In this document: piece by piece, positions 11,701 through 26,400 of the stretch | Numbering within the stretch: position 1 is the first letter of the stretch | How the letters are laid out: each line of letters begins with the position of its first letter | From: Marsupella aquatica | Taxonomy: Eukaryota; Plantae; Marchantiophyta | Direction: 5' to 3' | Assembly: GCA_973895155.1 (NCBI GenBank) | Contig: OZ316894.1 | Span: 5,934,368-5,998,367, forward strand | Length of the DNA stretch: 64,000 nucleotides | Position numbers and translations under genes: made by a program | Notes under the pieces: model-generated | What the model was told of the DNA's origin: nothing | The model's input: only the letters and a program-made list of their open reading frames with translations | Databases searched by the model: none

Positions 11701-14700
11701 TTTAATCGTCATCCGTTTAACTTTTGTACTCGATAAATTGGAGGGAAGAGCAAAGTTTTCATATTCAGATTTTCCTTACGGCTTTTAAAATGATGAAATC
11801 TGCAGTTAATGGGCCTTAATATTTGTGCGGACACAAGGGTCGGAAATGCGATGCGGAGGGGGATTTCTGGTGGACAGAAGAAAAGAGTCACTACAGGTAG
11901 GTTTTCCAGAGCACAGTTCTAGAAAATTAAGTGTGCCCTGGTCTACAAGCTTACACTTATTAAATGGTGAAAATTGTCTTAATGACGAACAAGGTGGGAT
12001 TCAATGACTTTCATAATGCAATCTAGCAAAATAATGAGCAGACTTCAAACAGGAAGAGTATCTAGATATGTGTTTGGATAATTTCAATATTCTCTGCATA
12101 AAATTCTGTTAGTTCCATATGTGCAGAGCCTTGAGGTTATGAAGAGCCTTGAGGTTATGAATTAAATTGGATGTAATACCAATCATTCTTGGGGCATCTC
12201 AAACAGTTAAAAGAGGGGACTGTACAGTGAACATTGAGCGTCTGCTAATCTGATCAGGAATTATACTAAAAGTGCACTAAAAAATCTGCAGGTCCCAGCA
12301 TAATAAAAATTTATGAATTATATCTAAAGAACATTTTGTTTTCTCATTTATCAGAAAATCAATACAAATTCTGTTTTTTTTAATTAAAAATGAAGGTCTG
12401 TTGTTGCCTTGTTTTTCCCTTTTGGGATCATGTCTTCGGTTTGGCGTTCCAGTGTTATATAAATAAAAGGTAGGTTTAGTTTGTGAAGATTAAAATTGGC
12501 TTTCTTGTCTCAGGTAGAGTGTGTCCCACTTGAGAAAGGACAGCTTATTTTTATTAGTCTTGTTAATTAAAGTGAATTATTGATGATCTCGAGTCCTTGG
12601 AATAAATCACTTTAATTAACTAGTGCCTGACTGTCTGCAGCCGAGATGCTGGTTGGACCAGCGAAGGCTTTCTTCATGGATGAGATCTCCACGGGCCTGG
12701 ACAGCTCGACGACATTCGAGATAACACAAATGCTTCAACAGATTGTGCATGTGATGGATAACACCATCGTCATTTCACTACTACAGCCTCCTCCTGAAAC
12801 TTATGCGCTTTTTGACGACTTGATTCTTCTCGCAGAGGGGCAAATTGTCTATCAGGGTCCTTGCAGTGGTGTTCTAGATTTCATGGCCTTCATGGGGTTC
12901 AAATGTCCGCACCGTAAGGCAACTGCAGATTTCCTCCAGGAGGTGAGTCCCGATTATTACCTGACCGATGTTTCTTGTGACGTACATCCCACTTTAGTAC
13001 GCATGAATTTCCAAGGGATTCATAACAACTTCCCTAGCTTGACAGGCCCTCGCTTTCTCCAAGAATATTGAAACGCTTCAAAGTTTTGAGCTAGAATCTG
13101 GGAAACATGAGGGCTCGAAATGAGGCCCTGGAACATTTGGAATCCAGTTCTTATAAAGATTTTCTATGATTGAAATGTAGATATTAGCACCTCATTGGAA
13201 GTGCATGGTCTAGCTTGCTGCCTGTTGACTCTATGGCGAGCTCTATATATGATCCACCTGAGTCGTACATGTTACCTGACGTTTGGATTCTTGTTCGGAT
13301 AATCTATATATATAGATAACATCTTTCAAAGATCAAGGACAATTCTGGGCGGACAAGTCAGTTCCTTACGAGTATGTTCCGGTCTCACACTTTGTTGAAG
13401 GCTTCAAGAAGTTTCATGTCACTGGACAAACCATAGCGGCGGAACTTGCGACTCCTTACGAAAAATCGCAGAGTCATCGCGCGGCCTTAGTACACAAAAA
13501 GTATGGTCTGCGTAGACGCGATCTCCTGAAGGCCTGTTTTGAGAGAGAGGCTATCCTCATGAAACGAAACATAGGGACGTACGTCTCCAAACTATTACAG
13601 GTGAGCACTTGTTCAAAGACTTTGCTCCATATATAACTGTACTGGATGGCATACGTGAATCAAATTCAAAACTCGACAGGACCTCAGAACTTCAGGTATG
13701 AGATACACGTTGAATTATCTTATCAGGTCTGACTGTTCCAACTGCCGAAATGCCAGACAAACGGAGGCTTTTTCCAAGTTCCAGAATTGTCGCTTTTCAC
13801 CTTGTCCTTTGTTGGTCACTGCCATCGGATAATTTTCAATCTTGGAGGGTCAGTAGGTTGAATCGTGAGTGGGCTCTGAAGGTATGTGCATCTTTGTTTC
13901 GCAGGTTGCAATCATTGCCTTTTTGGTAGGAACGTTGTTTCTTCGCACCCGAATGTACCACGATACCGTAGACCATGCTAATATGTACATGGGCGCGATC
14001 TTTTATGGTCTGATATTCATCATGACCGCCGGCATTGCCGAACTAAACTTCACTGTTATTCGTCTCCCTACTTACCACAAGGAAAAGGAGTTGTGTCTGT
14101 ATCCAGCTTGGGCGCTATCGTTGCCCATGGTTCTCCTGAGGATCCCGTGGACGCTCCTGGAGTCGGGGCTCTACTTAATCATCGTCTATTTCGTGATAGG
14201 TTTTGCTCCTGAACCTGGCAGGTAAGCACTTACCCCTCTCGATCACACAGTCATTTCCTTTGTTAGTAAATAATGCTTTCAGGGGTTCGACCATTTTGAA
14301 ATTTGTCACACTTTTAATGTCTCCCTTGTAATTAATTCGCAATACATTTTGAAATTTCTATTCATAGAGTTGTTCACTCCTTCCTCTTCAGAATCTTGAG
14401 GTCAAACAGTGACATACACCAGTTCTCTTCTCACTTACGTCCGGACCAATTTATGCCTGTATCTTAATTAAGTCTCCATCCCACTTTGCTTACTGGGAAC
14501 GAAGGGAAGTTAACGCTCGGGGCCATTATAGACAATTTACCGAGCCAGGGAATCCAGGAGGAAAGCCCCAGGACTGAAAATGCGCGGAAAAAACAGTTCC
14601 GAAATCATCTGAATTGAATACTTACACTACAAAAAGTTCCTCACTGCTTCATTGCAAAAATGACCAGTGAAGCCTTCATCAGCTTAATTAACGCGCGTCA

Positions 14701-17700
14701 GTGAAAGAGTTTCCCTGCTAATACCGTGTCATTAATTTTGAGTATGTGCAGATTCTTCGTGCTGTACTTGGTACTGATCCTGATCAATCAGGCCACTATT
14801 GCAATGTTCCGCTTTGCTGCTATTTTCGCTGGTACCCCAGTAGGTGCCGAGAATCTCGGCATAGTTTTCTACACCACTACGGTTCTATTAGGAGGATTTG
14901 TGATATCGATAGGTGAGGAAAGCTTACAACTTCGTAACTTACGCACTTTGTACTCCTGCTAAGAAATCGTATTTGCTTGTTATTTATTTCCTATTCCAGG
15001 GTGTTTCGATCGTTCGAGCTGTGTGTTAATTGAATGTCACACAAGTAACATTTCAATCGTGATCGAATTGATTCCAACAGCTCCTTTCACTCTCTACAGC
15101 AATTTATTCCAATTCAATGAACGGAGATAACATGTCAACATCGGAGTGTGGGGCTGACTCATGTTCGTGATTTGACATCCCTGCAGAAAGTTTGCCCAAA
15201 TGGTGGAAATGGGCATCTTGGTACTCAATTCTTCGATACGGACAAGATGCTATCAGTCTAAATGAATTTCTATCGGCGGAGTGGGACAAGGTATGCGTGT
15301 AGCATTATTTAGGTCTGGAGGCGACCATGACTAGACTACGTAGCTGGCTGGACAGGTAAATTTGGGCTGGACACCCAAATTTTGTGTCCAAGCTGGCATC
15401 TAGTGGCTGGTACTAGATTCGCTCATCAATAAAAAATAGCGTTTGGATACATGGTTTGAGAGTAGATCGCGGAAATATCGAACTTTTCGCCTCAAGCAGT
15501 TTCACATAATATTACATAAATTCAAGAACCACTCCAAACTGATCTCTCTCCTACTTGCCGCAGCCATTCGGGAACACAACCCTTGGAGTAGCCGCTCTAC
15601 AAAACAGGGGCCTTAGAAACAGTGGATACTGGGTGTGGATCAGCGTTGCAGCTCTGTTTGGATTCATCATTTTGTTCAACATACTTTTGACTCTCGCCTT
15701 ACAATACAAGGACCGTAAGTAGTGCTACCTTTACCGATCATTCGATTGAATTGGCCCTCACTTTGAGCATATTAATGAGTCAAGAGTCTATCAATTAAAC
15801 ACGGGCGATAATTCCACCCGTCCGGAGTTAATGAGTCTATGCTCAGCTCCGGGACCGGGATCCACCTTCAGATGTAAACGAGAGCAATAGAAACAAGGTA
15901 TAGAGGTGCAGTTTTCATAATTGATGGTGGTTGTTCTATATTTCAAAGCAGTTGGAATGGCCCGGTCCAAGATATTTGCTTTACGCTCAGATAACAATTG
16001 TGGTCCGTCTATGCAGCTCCTCTTCTCTTGCGTTCCGGTGCCGTGGAAAAGCACAAAAAAGTATCTGAAAAAGGAATCGCCAAAACGGTTCTGCACCTGG
16101 AATCGCCAAAACAGCTGGAGAGAGCTTCACCAGCTCGTGTGAGCTGTTCCTCAATTTTGGATAGTAAGATTCTTGCTGCTCTTGTGATTCCGATCCCCGG
16201 AATACTCTCAGAAATTCGTTGTCAAATACTTAGACTTACGAAGTATTTCCAGAAGTATTCACCTCTCATAATTGAAAATTTCAGTGCCTACAGCGCGCGC
16301 CGAGACCTTTTGGCCCACATCCTATTTGAGCATTATCATGACACTTTCGTGAAAGTAATCGAAACACATTCGAACGCAGTGCCATAATGTGATTCAAGTG
16401 GTTCGAATTCTCGGAAGGAGAGGACTTCTCATAATTAGATGTATATCATGTTAAAGCATTGAATATCGGTGCTCATGTTGGTTGTGGGTGCACCACAGAT
16501 GAGATGTGCCCCGACGAAGCCAGACTTTCGACGCAACACGATGGAGCTAGACTGTCGCTGGGGCTGTCGATACAAGATGGAGCTAGATTGTCAATAAACT
16601 ACGATGGGGTAGCAATGCCGACTGGATCTCCCGCAGATAGAGTCGCAGATCCGGTCGCAGACGGGCCCAAAGGAATGGTCCTACCTTTCCGACCTCTCTC
16701 CATCAGTTTCCGAAAGATCAATTACTTCGTCGATATGCCGGAAGTAAGGACAATGCAGTTCTGTACATGCGTGCACACTGGTTTTTTTATTATATTCAAC
16801 TAGCCACCACTGAAATCAACTCAGTGTTCAATCAGTTCCCATGTGCTAACAAGCGGAGGGCTAAATTCGGGTAGTTTCCGTATTATTTTAATTTGCTTCT
16901 CTCAAATCAATCACATTTCATGACAGGATTATGAGGGAATCACTTTCTTGTTTCGCTTCTAAGTTCCTGATAAATAAATACCCCTTCTCGTTGACATTAT
17001 GCATATCTGGTTTCCAGAGTTATACGCAAAAGGTTTGCATTTCGTCTTCTTCTTTGGAAAATGATTCTTACTAGAGCAGTTCTACAATGTGTACTGCAAT
17101 ACCTGTGCTGAAGACAATGAAAGAGCAAGGAGGTAATGGTGAGAAACTACAACTACTAAACAATGTGAGCGGTGCATTTCGGCCGGGAGTGCTTACAGCG
17201 TTGGTTGGCGTCAGTGGAGCCGGTAAACATGAAATCCTAATTAGGAGTACATATACACGTAAATATGTAGACAGAGAGTGAGAAGCCACCAAAATTGGGT
17301 GCTGGTTCCAATTATGCAATATCTGCAGTACTTTTGAATTATAGAATGATAAGTAGCCTACGAGCTTTGTGACTTTCATATAATTAATTTGTAAACTAAG
17401 CTCGCGAGGTAATTCAGTACATTTGTTGGTTTCTATACAATGTTAAGTATTCTCATCAATGCTAAATTGACCTAGCTCAAGTCCGTGAGAGTCATAATAG
17501 GATGTTGATCTGGACTGCTCAGGCAAAACAACTCTCATGGATGTGTTGGCTGGACGCAAAACTAGAGGGTACATCGACGGGGACATTTTCATCTCTGGAT
17601 ATCCAAAGGAGCAGTCAACTTTCACACGAATGGCTGGATACTGCGAACAGACTGACATTCATTCTCCAAATGTAACAGTTTTTGAGTCCCTCATATTTTC

Positions 17701-20700
17701 AGCCTGGATGCGCTTGTCTCCGGAAGTTGACAAACAAACTCGCATGGTAAGGGTTCTTGCATAAGATTATTTCTTGAGTGTTGCAATGGAGATATTTCTC
17801 TGCACTGCCTGATTCACGTTGAAATGTGGATCGCTCACAAAGATTTGAAGCATGTTCATTCTATTCTACAATTTTCTCAAGGACATGACTTGAATATAGA
17901 GCGAGAGCTGCCAATCATTCAAAGGAGGTCGGACTGCACGAGTCCACTTATCTTTCCACATAAAAGAGGAGGGTGACATTTCAGAAACTGCCTAACGATA
18001 GTGCGATTCAACCCTAAATAGCGAACTACTGAAAAACTCTGTAGAAACAAAAGAATCCTTTAGGGCTACTGTACTACTCCTACTCTACTTGAACACACTA
18101 CTTGGACTTGCCTGTATGTATGCAGATGTTTGTGGAGGAGGTGATGAGCCTCGTAGAGCTTGATGTTATCCGAGATAGCATTGTAGGGCAACCAGGCAAC
18201 TCGGGCCTGTCAACAGAGCAGAGAAAGAGACTTACAATAGCAGTGGAGCTGGTGGCGAATCCGTCTATAATCTTCATGGACGAGCCCACTTCTGGATTGG
18301 ACGCCCGAGCCGCTGCCATTGTGATGAGAGCAGTGAGGAACATTGGAGATACTGGTCGCACTATTGTTTGCACGATCCATCAACCTACCATTGAAATCTT
18401 TGAAGCTTTCGATGAGGTAATTGTGAGGTTTGAGTTGAACACGTTGATCTTGGACCTTTGTCGGTATATATAGTCAGCTGGAAATTATTTCCGTCCCTTA
18501 ATGTGATTCCACGATTCAACTCGTTTTTACCTCTAAACTACACAGACTTCAAAGTTATGCAAAAGGCATCCAAGTTTAAAGCCTTGATTTTTGTTTTGAA
18601 TATTGCAGCTCCTACTCTTGAAAGGTGGAGGGGAAACTATTTACGGAGGATCCCTTGGTCGTCACTCTCAGGATCTCATTCAATATTTTGAGGTGCAGAT
18701 TCTTGCAACTGCCAGCTTCATTCATCCACTCAATAATTTTCTTCAGGGTTCTTCTCGCAATTTTCATGCCAGCTAGGAGTGCATAGTAATCATTATTACT
18801 TTTTGGTACAGCTTTTGATATCAAAACATGTTCTGGGCTTGGGTCTCAGGCTATTCCCGGGGTACCGAACATAAAAGAGGGATATAATCCCGCAACGTGG
18901 ATGCTCGAAGTCAGCTCCGCCTCCATGGAAACTAAACTTGGAGTCAGCTTCGCAAAGATTTACCGCGAATCCACTGCTTATCAGTAAGTGCAACATTGGA
19001 CCATCAAATTCTGTTTTGATGCATTTTTCTCGGTTTTCCGTCTGGTTTATTGTTTCCCCAATTTGCGAGTGCAATAGCTTCCCGCTGTTGATTACCTTAG
19101 CGTTATTTTCTTAGTTTCCTCCTACCTTGAATTCGTCCGGTTTGTCTCCTCTTTTGAAATGGGAGATATTTATGACTATTCCAGTAGCTATCCAGTAACA
19201 ACGTTAATTGATACAGCTATGTCTGTCATGATACGTTCCGGAAATCATACAGCTATGTCTGTCATGCGCTTGGAATTGCTCCTGTCATCTTGTGGTTCGT
19301 TTCACAATGATCAGGACTTAACTTGTCATAATTGTGGATGAATGCAGGAACAATACTGCACTAGTCGAAGAGTTAAGCAGACCAACCCCGAGGTCCAAAG
19401 ACTTAGCGTTCCCAACAGCATATGCACAGTCTTTCTGGGTGCAGTTACAAGCAGGCCTATGGAAGATGAATATGTGTTACTGGCGAAACACGGAACACAC
19501 TGGAGTGAAGTTCTTGTTCGTTATCTTCCTCGGCCTGCTCCTCGGATCGATTTTCTGGGGCCTTGGAAAAAAGAGGTATTGAAATGAACCCTGACATCAC
19601 AGATATTCAACAATTTCTCATTCTATCCAGTTTTGGGGTGTGCCCATGCCGTCCTTTGTCTTTTCGCTCAATTTTAAAGTTCATTCCATTGAATAGTTGA
19701 TCTGTTTCTTGAAATTTCCTCGGAAATCTTCATATCTTTAGCTTTTGTTTGCACTAAATTGATACTGTTTCCTTTCCTGCAAACGAAAGGTGTTTAGTTA
19801 TCAGCCTTACTTCTTAGATTGTAAACTAGATTCTTACCAAATTCGATACTGCTTGAAAACTGTGTCTCAGAGGTACACAGCAAGACGTGTTCAACTTGAT
19901 GGGTGCAACATATTGTACCCTTATGTTTCTTGGATTCGAATACACAATAACAATACAACGTGTCATAGCGATTGAACGAACAGTGTATTACCGTGAGCGA
20001 GCAGCTGGGATGTATTCCCCTTGGGCTTACGCGATATCACAGGTAGTCACATCGATGTCAATTTTCTAAAACCATACGAGAACAATATCTCTACATATTC
20101 CTTGAATCCATAAGTCCGCTATCTACGTCTTGCTGTGTATGGGAATTTTTAATCTATGAATTTTTACGGAAAAACTGGGAAATGGGATTTCCTTGAATCC
20201 ATACGTACGCTTGAAATCAATGCAACGCACACAACTTTGACACTACTTTCGGTTGACCATAAGTGTTGGGGTATCTGTTACACGCAACATTTGGGTGTAT
20301 TCTCATGAACAACCTCTTCCTTTTAGTGGAAGGGAAGGACTATTGTATAACGCGAGACTGAGATTATTTTGAACTTTGCATTTGCATGAACGCAGTTTCT
20401 AATCGAGTGGCCGTATACTTTCGTCCAAGGCCTTCTCTTCACGACCATTGCGTACTCTATGATTCAGTACGAGTGGCGATACGATAAATTCCTCTATTTC
20501 TTTTTCGTTGTATACTGCACGTTGCTTCTGTTTTGTTATCTCGGTATGGTAACTGTCGTCGCTACTTCCAACCCTGTCTTGGCCATCATCCTTGCAACCT
20601 CGATCTTCAGCGTCTGCAATCTCGTCTCCGGATTTATAATCACAAAGAAGGTGAGCTCTCAGTTATCCCGTCCGTTAGTTATTTCATCTCTGAATCTTCC

Positions 20701-21065
20701 AAACTACTTTCCGATCAATTCGGAGATCGACAACATTCTTGGGGAGCGTGCTGACAATTCAGAAAACTTTGTTCCTGGACTTTTTGCAGCAAATACCGGT
20801 GTGGTGGAGGTGGTTGTACTGGTGTACGCCCCATGCATGGAGCTTTTACGGCCTCATAGGATCTCAGCTTGGTGACGTCGAGACCCTCATCACTAAGCCA
20901 GATAACATGGGCCAGCAGATCACATTGAAAGAATACCTCGGTAGTTATTTCGGTTTCGAGCATAGCTTTCTGAAATTTGTGGCAATCGAGCAAGTCTTGG
21001 TTGTTGCTTCCTTTGCCATCACCTTTTCTCTTTGCATCAAATATCTAAACTTCCAACGGCGCTGA
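8749..21065 (+). CDS. Full-size ABC transporter G family (pleiotropic drug resistance, PDR) protein, multi-exon
   Basis: [15 protein letters not shown]-terminus; NBD1 [31 protein letters not shown]; [16 protein letters not shown]; TMD1; NBD2 [53 protein letters not shown]; [14 protein letters not shown]; ends LNFQRR-stop; GT-AG introns throughout. Confidence 0.97.
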
Positions 21066-21789
21066 GCATGATCACGAGATTCTCACACTCTGTACAGCAG
21101 GATGAAAGTTTTACTTGTAAATAGTAGTTGAGCATCTGATCTGAGTCCCAGATGACTACGTTGTTACAACTCTCGATCTTGTAGAAATTGAAGAAATTTC
21201 ATTATTTTGAGCATGGATTTCTGGCCGAGAGAACGCTAGAAGATGCTTGACTATGGAGAATCCTTGAAGGACTTAGATTCTTATGTTCAAGGAGCCACAC
21301 ATGTTCGAGCGATTTTATTGATGAACAAGCATATATTGCACCTAAGGGTAATTCTTGTACAATATGAAGGGGTCTACATATTTTTATATGTACTAAGAAG
21401 TTGGCTCTAATACATTAAAAAAAAACAGGGATTTTCACTGTTTAAGATTTTGTGATGTGTATGAAATTTTATTTTCTTATTTTTCCACATAAGATTTTAA
21501 AAAATTCTTAATACTGCTGTAAGTTTGTGAAAAGATTTTAAATATCCAAAACTTTATAGATGCTGGCTCGTTAATTTGACTGTAGACGGTCCCTATATTA
21601 AACAAATAGCCATATAATTTGGTATTGTCAAGTGTTTACACCTCGGTTTATGCATCAAAACATGTTTCTACTAATAGTTACATCTTTGGATTCCTTGAAT
21701 GAGTTGAGAGTTACAAGAATTTAGTAGACTAAAATGAAATTTGACTTATTAAATTGGATATATAACAAGTAAAAAAGGGGTCCAGGTCA

Positions 21790-22873
21790 ATGGTGGACCT
21801 TGCCACCCAGCGCCCTCACCAATCCCAGCACTTGCGCCTAAGTGCCCTTGGTGCCCGAACGTCTCCACGGAATACCTCGAGCAAGCATCCAAGTGCCTCT
21901 AGCACCATCAACGGCCACTCCCATACGAAGTCGCACTTGCTCACCTACACGACCGCTACTCAATGGTACTCACTGTCTGCACAAACAACCAAGCATCTCG
22001 GTAAGTAACCCCTCCGGATCTAGAACTCGCCAAGTCTAGCATCCTAACTCAAGCTCAAGAGACGTTGGTAAATAGGTCAGCGATAGGTCCTCTCGATACC
22101 ATAAGCCGGAACCAAAACCCACGCCCACTGTCCGTCCAGGACAGCTCCTTCCTTGGGCGCGGCCCGGGTTCCCCCTCGTACCTATCCATCACCAACTGAC
22201 CGCCCTGACCTCAGGACATGCTCATGGCCCAAATAGCATAGCTTGTCCCAAGCTTGTCCCAAGCTTGTTTCAACACGTCGGGACCAAAACGGCCCCGACT
22301 CTAACACCGACTCCCGGTTTGCCCCACTGATGGTCTAGGGACCGAGCGCCCTTGGGACTCTGCCTCCATACCTACTTGGCCTTGTCTCCCCAATGCAAGC
22401 TCCCTTGGGAGGCTGAACGCGGCTTGGCTGCTGCTCGGCAGGATTTGGCAAACGGGCGAACTAACACCCGCAAACCACGAGAACCCATGGCACCCCCAGA
22501 CCCAGCTGAGCTCAAGAGGGCGTAGCCCTCTTCAAGAGCTTTCCAACGAACCCAAGAAGTCCTCCAACGGACTTCCCGTTGGAAAGATATCGTCATTTCC
22601 GTTTGGCGGTTTCTCTTAGTGTCGCGACCGCCGCGGCTCACGACTTCGGCTCGCCCTTAGTCCCCAGGGAGACACCACTCCCCTCATATATGTTTCTGGA
22701 GACCTACCACCCCTGGACCAGCTTTGGTCCCTAACATTTGGCCCCCAACCCGGATCCCATCGCGCATAATGGGCGCGCCACCAACTGGCAACGCCCATAA
22801 CTTTCTTGATAGGCATCCGCAAGCGGAATGCTTTAGCCCGTTGTGACCGGGCCGACCCGGTGCTCATGCCTAG
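21790..22873. other. GC-rich degenerate sequence (old repeat or TE remnant), left half of the site interrupted by the 13-kb transposon
   Basis: Abrupt GC-rich block with no coherent ORF; similar GC-rich sequence resumes at 35966-36350, right after the transposon's right TIR. Confidence 0.45.
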
Positions 22874-22890
22874 ATCAGCCTATTCATTAA

Positions 22891-23240
22891 AAGTGTATTA
22901 TTATTTGATTTATGTACATTTGGGCAGTGAAAAGTGTACTTTTGGGCTTGGAAAAGTGTACATTTGGCCAATGAAAAGTGTACATTTGGGGATAGAAAAG
23001 TTTACAATTGGCCTAAAGAGTGTACATTTGGGCAATGAAAAGTGTAAATTTGAACATCAAAATAGATACATTTGGCTTTAAAAGTGTACATTTGAGTACA
23101 TTTGGCCTAGAAAGTGTACATTTGAGTGCAAAATGCATACATTTGGCTTAACAAGTGTACATTTAAGTGCATTTGGTCTAGAAAGTGTAACTTTTAGTGC
23201 AATAAAGTGTACATTTGGCCTAAAAAGTGTACATTTGCCT
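22891..23240. repeat. Left subterminal array of (A)AAGTGTACATTTG(G), about 15 copies at ~21-bp spacing
   Basis: Directly visible; begins inside the TIR; a typical transposase-binding-site arrangement. Confidence 0.9.
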
Positions 23241-23488
23241 ACCAACTCTTATTATAATCATTTAAAAGAAAGGAATGAATAGAAAAACATTTTTAATTAT
23301 GTAGAAAAAGCAAACATTCATATTTATAATGATCAAAAGTTTAGAAAATGAGGAGATAGTATCACATTAAAACTATTAGAATAGTAAATAACTAGTACAT
23401 AAATTACTATGTTTGAATGAGTGACTATCTTAGTTACATAAAAACTAGTAACTATCTATTTAATTATTATAGCTTCTAACAACTAAGT

Positions 23489-26400
23489 CTACTTGTCCAT
23501 CCTTTGAAGATAATTTTGGACAGTTTGTAGAACATTTCGAGGGATCTTCAAACCCCTGCCTGCCATGTTTTCTTCTTTCATTCCAGATTTAAAACCATAC
23601 ATTGCAGAATTTGCATACTGCCAATGTTGAGTATTCTCACCAAACCCTGGATCTCGTTCCCATGTCTTAGTGGACATGAAACAATTTAGATACCGCGCAC
23701 TCTCAGTCACATCAAGTTTACTAGAGTGTTTAGGCCTCCACCATTCAACTGGGAACATTGGAGCGTACTGTCGAGGCAGAGAAGGGTTTGTTGAAGATGT
23801 AGTTGGGACTTCATGCTTTGGGTCCACCAAACCCAAAGCTCTCACCAACCAGAAATGACCTCCACCATTTTTATTCTCCCAGTCATCCTCGGGTCGAAGA
23901 AATACAAAGTTTCCTTCACAAATATCTTGTAAAGGAATCCATCGTCCTTGTTCTCTCTCAGCTCGAGATCCAACAAATGGTGCTGCCTGATCTTCCATCT
24001 CTTCCAAGACCTCATTTTGAAGAGCCGTCATCTCTGCATTCTCCTCATCTTCACTTGGAGGACCACTTTGTTCCGGTTGGTTGACCTTGTAACCAGTGCC
24101 GTGGTTAGTCTTAGGCCAAAATCTGTTTTCCAAGGGAAATTGAGTACTTCCCTCCCCTTCTAGTGCGAGCCCATTTGTCAACAACTCCACAATTCTCTCC
24201 CAATATTTCACAAGAGGAAATCTTTCCTTATATGCTATAGATGTCTCATCAGTGCAACTCCTTCTCAAAAAATCAAGGTACTTGTTAAGAAATGGGATAA
24301 TCTCTTCAGATTTTTTGTGTATCTCTCCAATGGATTTAGCTAAGGGCTCTCCACTTGGTAAAAGAAGAGAATTTGTTGTCAGATCTGTTGCCCAAATGCA
24401 CCTTCCACCAAGTGGAGCCCAAGCTTGCTTTACATGGGACTTATACTGAAATATTGGTACATTATCTCTCATAGAGAAAAGAAATGATACAGGTTTTGAG
24501 TGACCTTGAATATCTTTCACCTTGAAAGTTTGAAGATATTCTTTGTAAGATGCAACTTCTTGTATCAATCTGGGAACTGGATGAATGCTCTCGCATTCCC
24601 ATACCTCTGCCATAAGAGCAAGGAGGGTTGCAACTTCTTTGTGCTGAACTTGATATGATACCTTTGAAAAGAGTGCATCAACATCTTCATGCGTATGACC
24701 AACCATTAGAAAAGACATTTGAACAGTTTCAAATACTCCTCTACTCACAAGCTCGCTACAAAATGCCATGACAGTCTGGTTTTTGTTGTCCTTTGCTGAA
24801 TTATCCATCTGCAATGTTAGGTGCCTTGGCAAGGGCTTGAACGATGGACTGCCTTGCTCTCCTTGCATGTCTTCTCCATCATCCTCATCTTGCTGGTTTG
24901 GGACGGTCTCAGTCCGACTCTCAGCTCCATCTTCAGAACCAATATACCTATTCACCGGTATATTCTTTGGTTCCAAATAACCCGTCAAAAATGCTTCAAA
25001 GTCAAGTAGGGCTTGAAAGAAAGGTCTGTGAGGTTCCCAATGAAGGCCATCCAACATGTCACCTGTCTTGTCTCCATTGTACTCTTCAAGGTCTCGAAGA
25101 CACTTAGCCAAGGATGTCACCGTGAAATCGGCATCTCCTGGCCAAAGGCCAGTGACACTAAAGTGTGCATAAACTCCTGGATCCCTCCCGTGGGTCAACA
25201 TCCCTGTGAGAGCAATAGGTAGCGGCATTCCATGACCCGAAAGAGATTTAGGAGTACTAACCATTTTTGGAATCCATGTCTTTGCTTGATCCATCTTGTC
25301 GTGAATAATGCAAAGATATTCTCCTGGGTGTTGTTTGGCCATCACTCGATGAGCGTAGTAAACATATCTACATGACATTTGCTCACGAAGATGTTGCGCT
25401 CGTTTTTCTTCAATTTCAGCACGTTCTTTTTTCCTTCTTTCTCGCATCAAACTGTCTTTGTATTCACAACAAAGAGTACACTTGGCAAATGCACCATCTT
25501 TATGAAAACTGAAGTTTGCAAATGAGTTACTCCAGATCTTGTAGAGAGTATTCTCTGTGACAGGAGGAAGCCCTTCTTCCTTCATCTTTGTTCTCACATC
25601 TTCCAGAATCTCTAGCTTTTTGTAACACGCCGGAAGACGGTACTCAATAGAGTCTGTCCCATGTGCCCCTCCATAAGGCATATGAGGCATGGGCTCTGCA
25701 TTTCGAGTCAAAAAAGCCTCCAACAGAGCTCGTGCATGCAAGGTATTTGCCCTTGTTTTCATCAAGCCCGTATTGCCATGGAACCCAATTTTGCAACCCT
25801 CCACATATCTCCTTTTGTAATCATAATATTTGGTGTGGCTAAAACCGTGGATAATTGCAAATGCATGTCTGCATACGACCATACCCTTAAGAACATGGTG
25901 TCCCTTATCACGAACATCATCCTCTCTATAGTGAAAGAGGTTGAAAATGTGTGACGTTTTTGACTCGCTTGACATCCCATGAAATTCCATCCTAATATCT
26001 TCGATGTTTTCCCTTGGCATAATGAGACAACATTTTTGCTTGCAACAATTTTCTCTTTTCACGTCATCAATTGACGCCTCTGTTGTTTTTGAAATTGCCT
26101 TGGTTTCCAACAACCTCCTCTTCTTTTCATTTGGATCTACTTGATTCCTCTTGTTAAAATTGTAGGGCCTTGAACGCAGTACTCCTCTATCACTTACATC
26201 CGCATTGAGTTCATCCCTATCCATTGAGTCCATCCTTTCAGAACCTTCCACCAAAATATCTGACAAAAATTTTCCATTTGCAACTAGTTTTGTTGAATCA
26301 ATCCGCCATCGAATCAAACTCACTACTCCCTTGTGGATGTTGGGAAAGTATTGTGCTGCCACGACATCTTTCACAGCAATCCCAACATGGTCATCACCAA

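Noticed and set aside
21790-22867. Short GC-rich ORFs as genes or LINE ORF1
   Set aside because: No recognisable motifs; multiple overlapping short frames typical of GC-rich decayed DNA.
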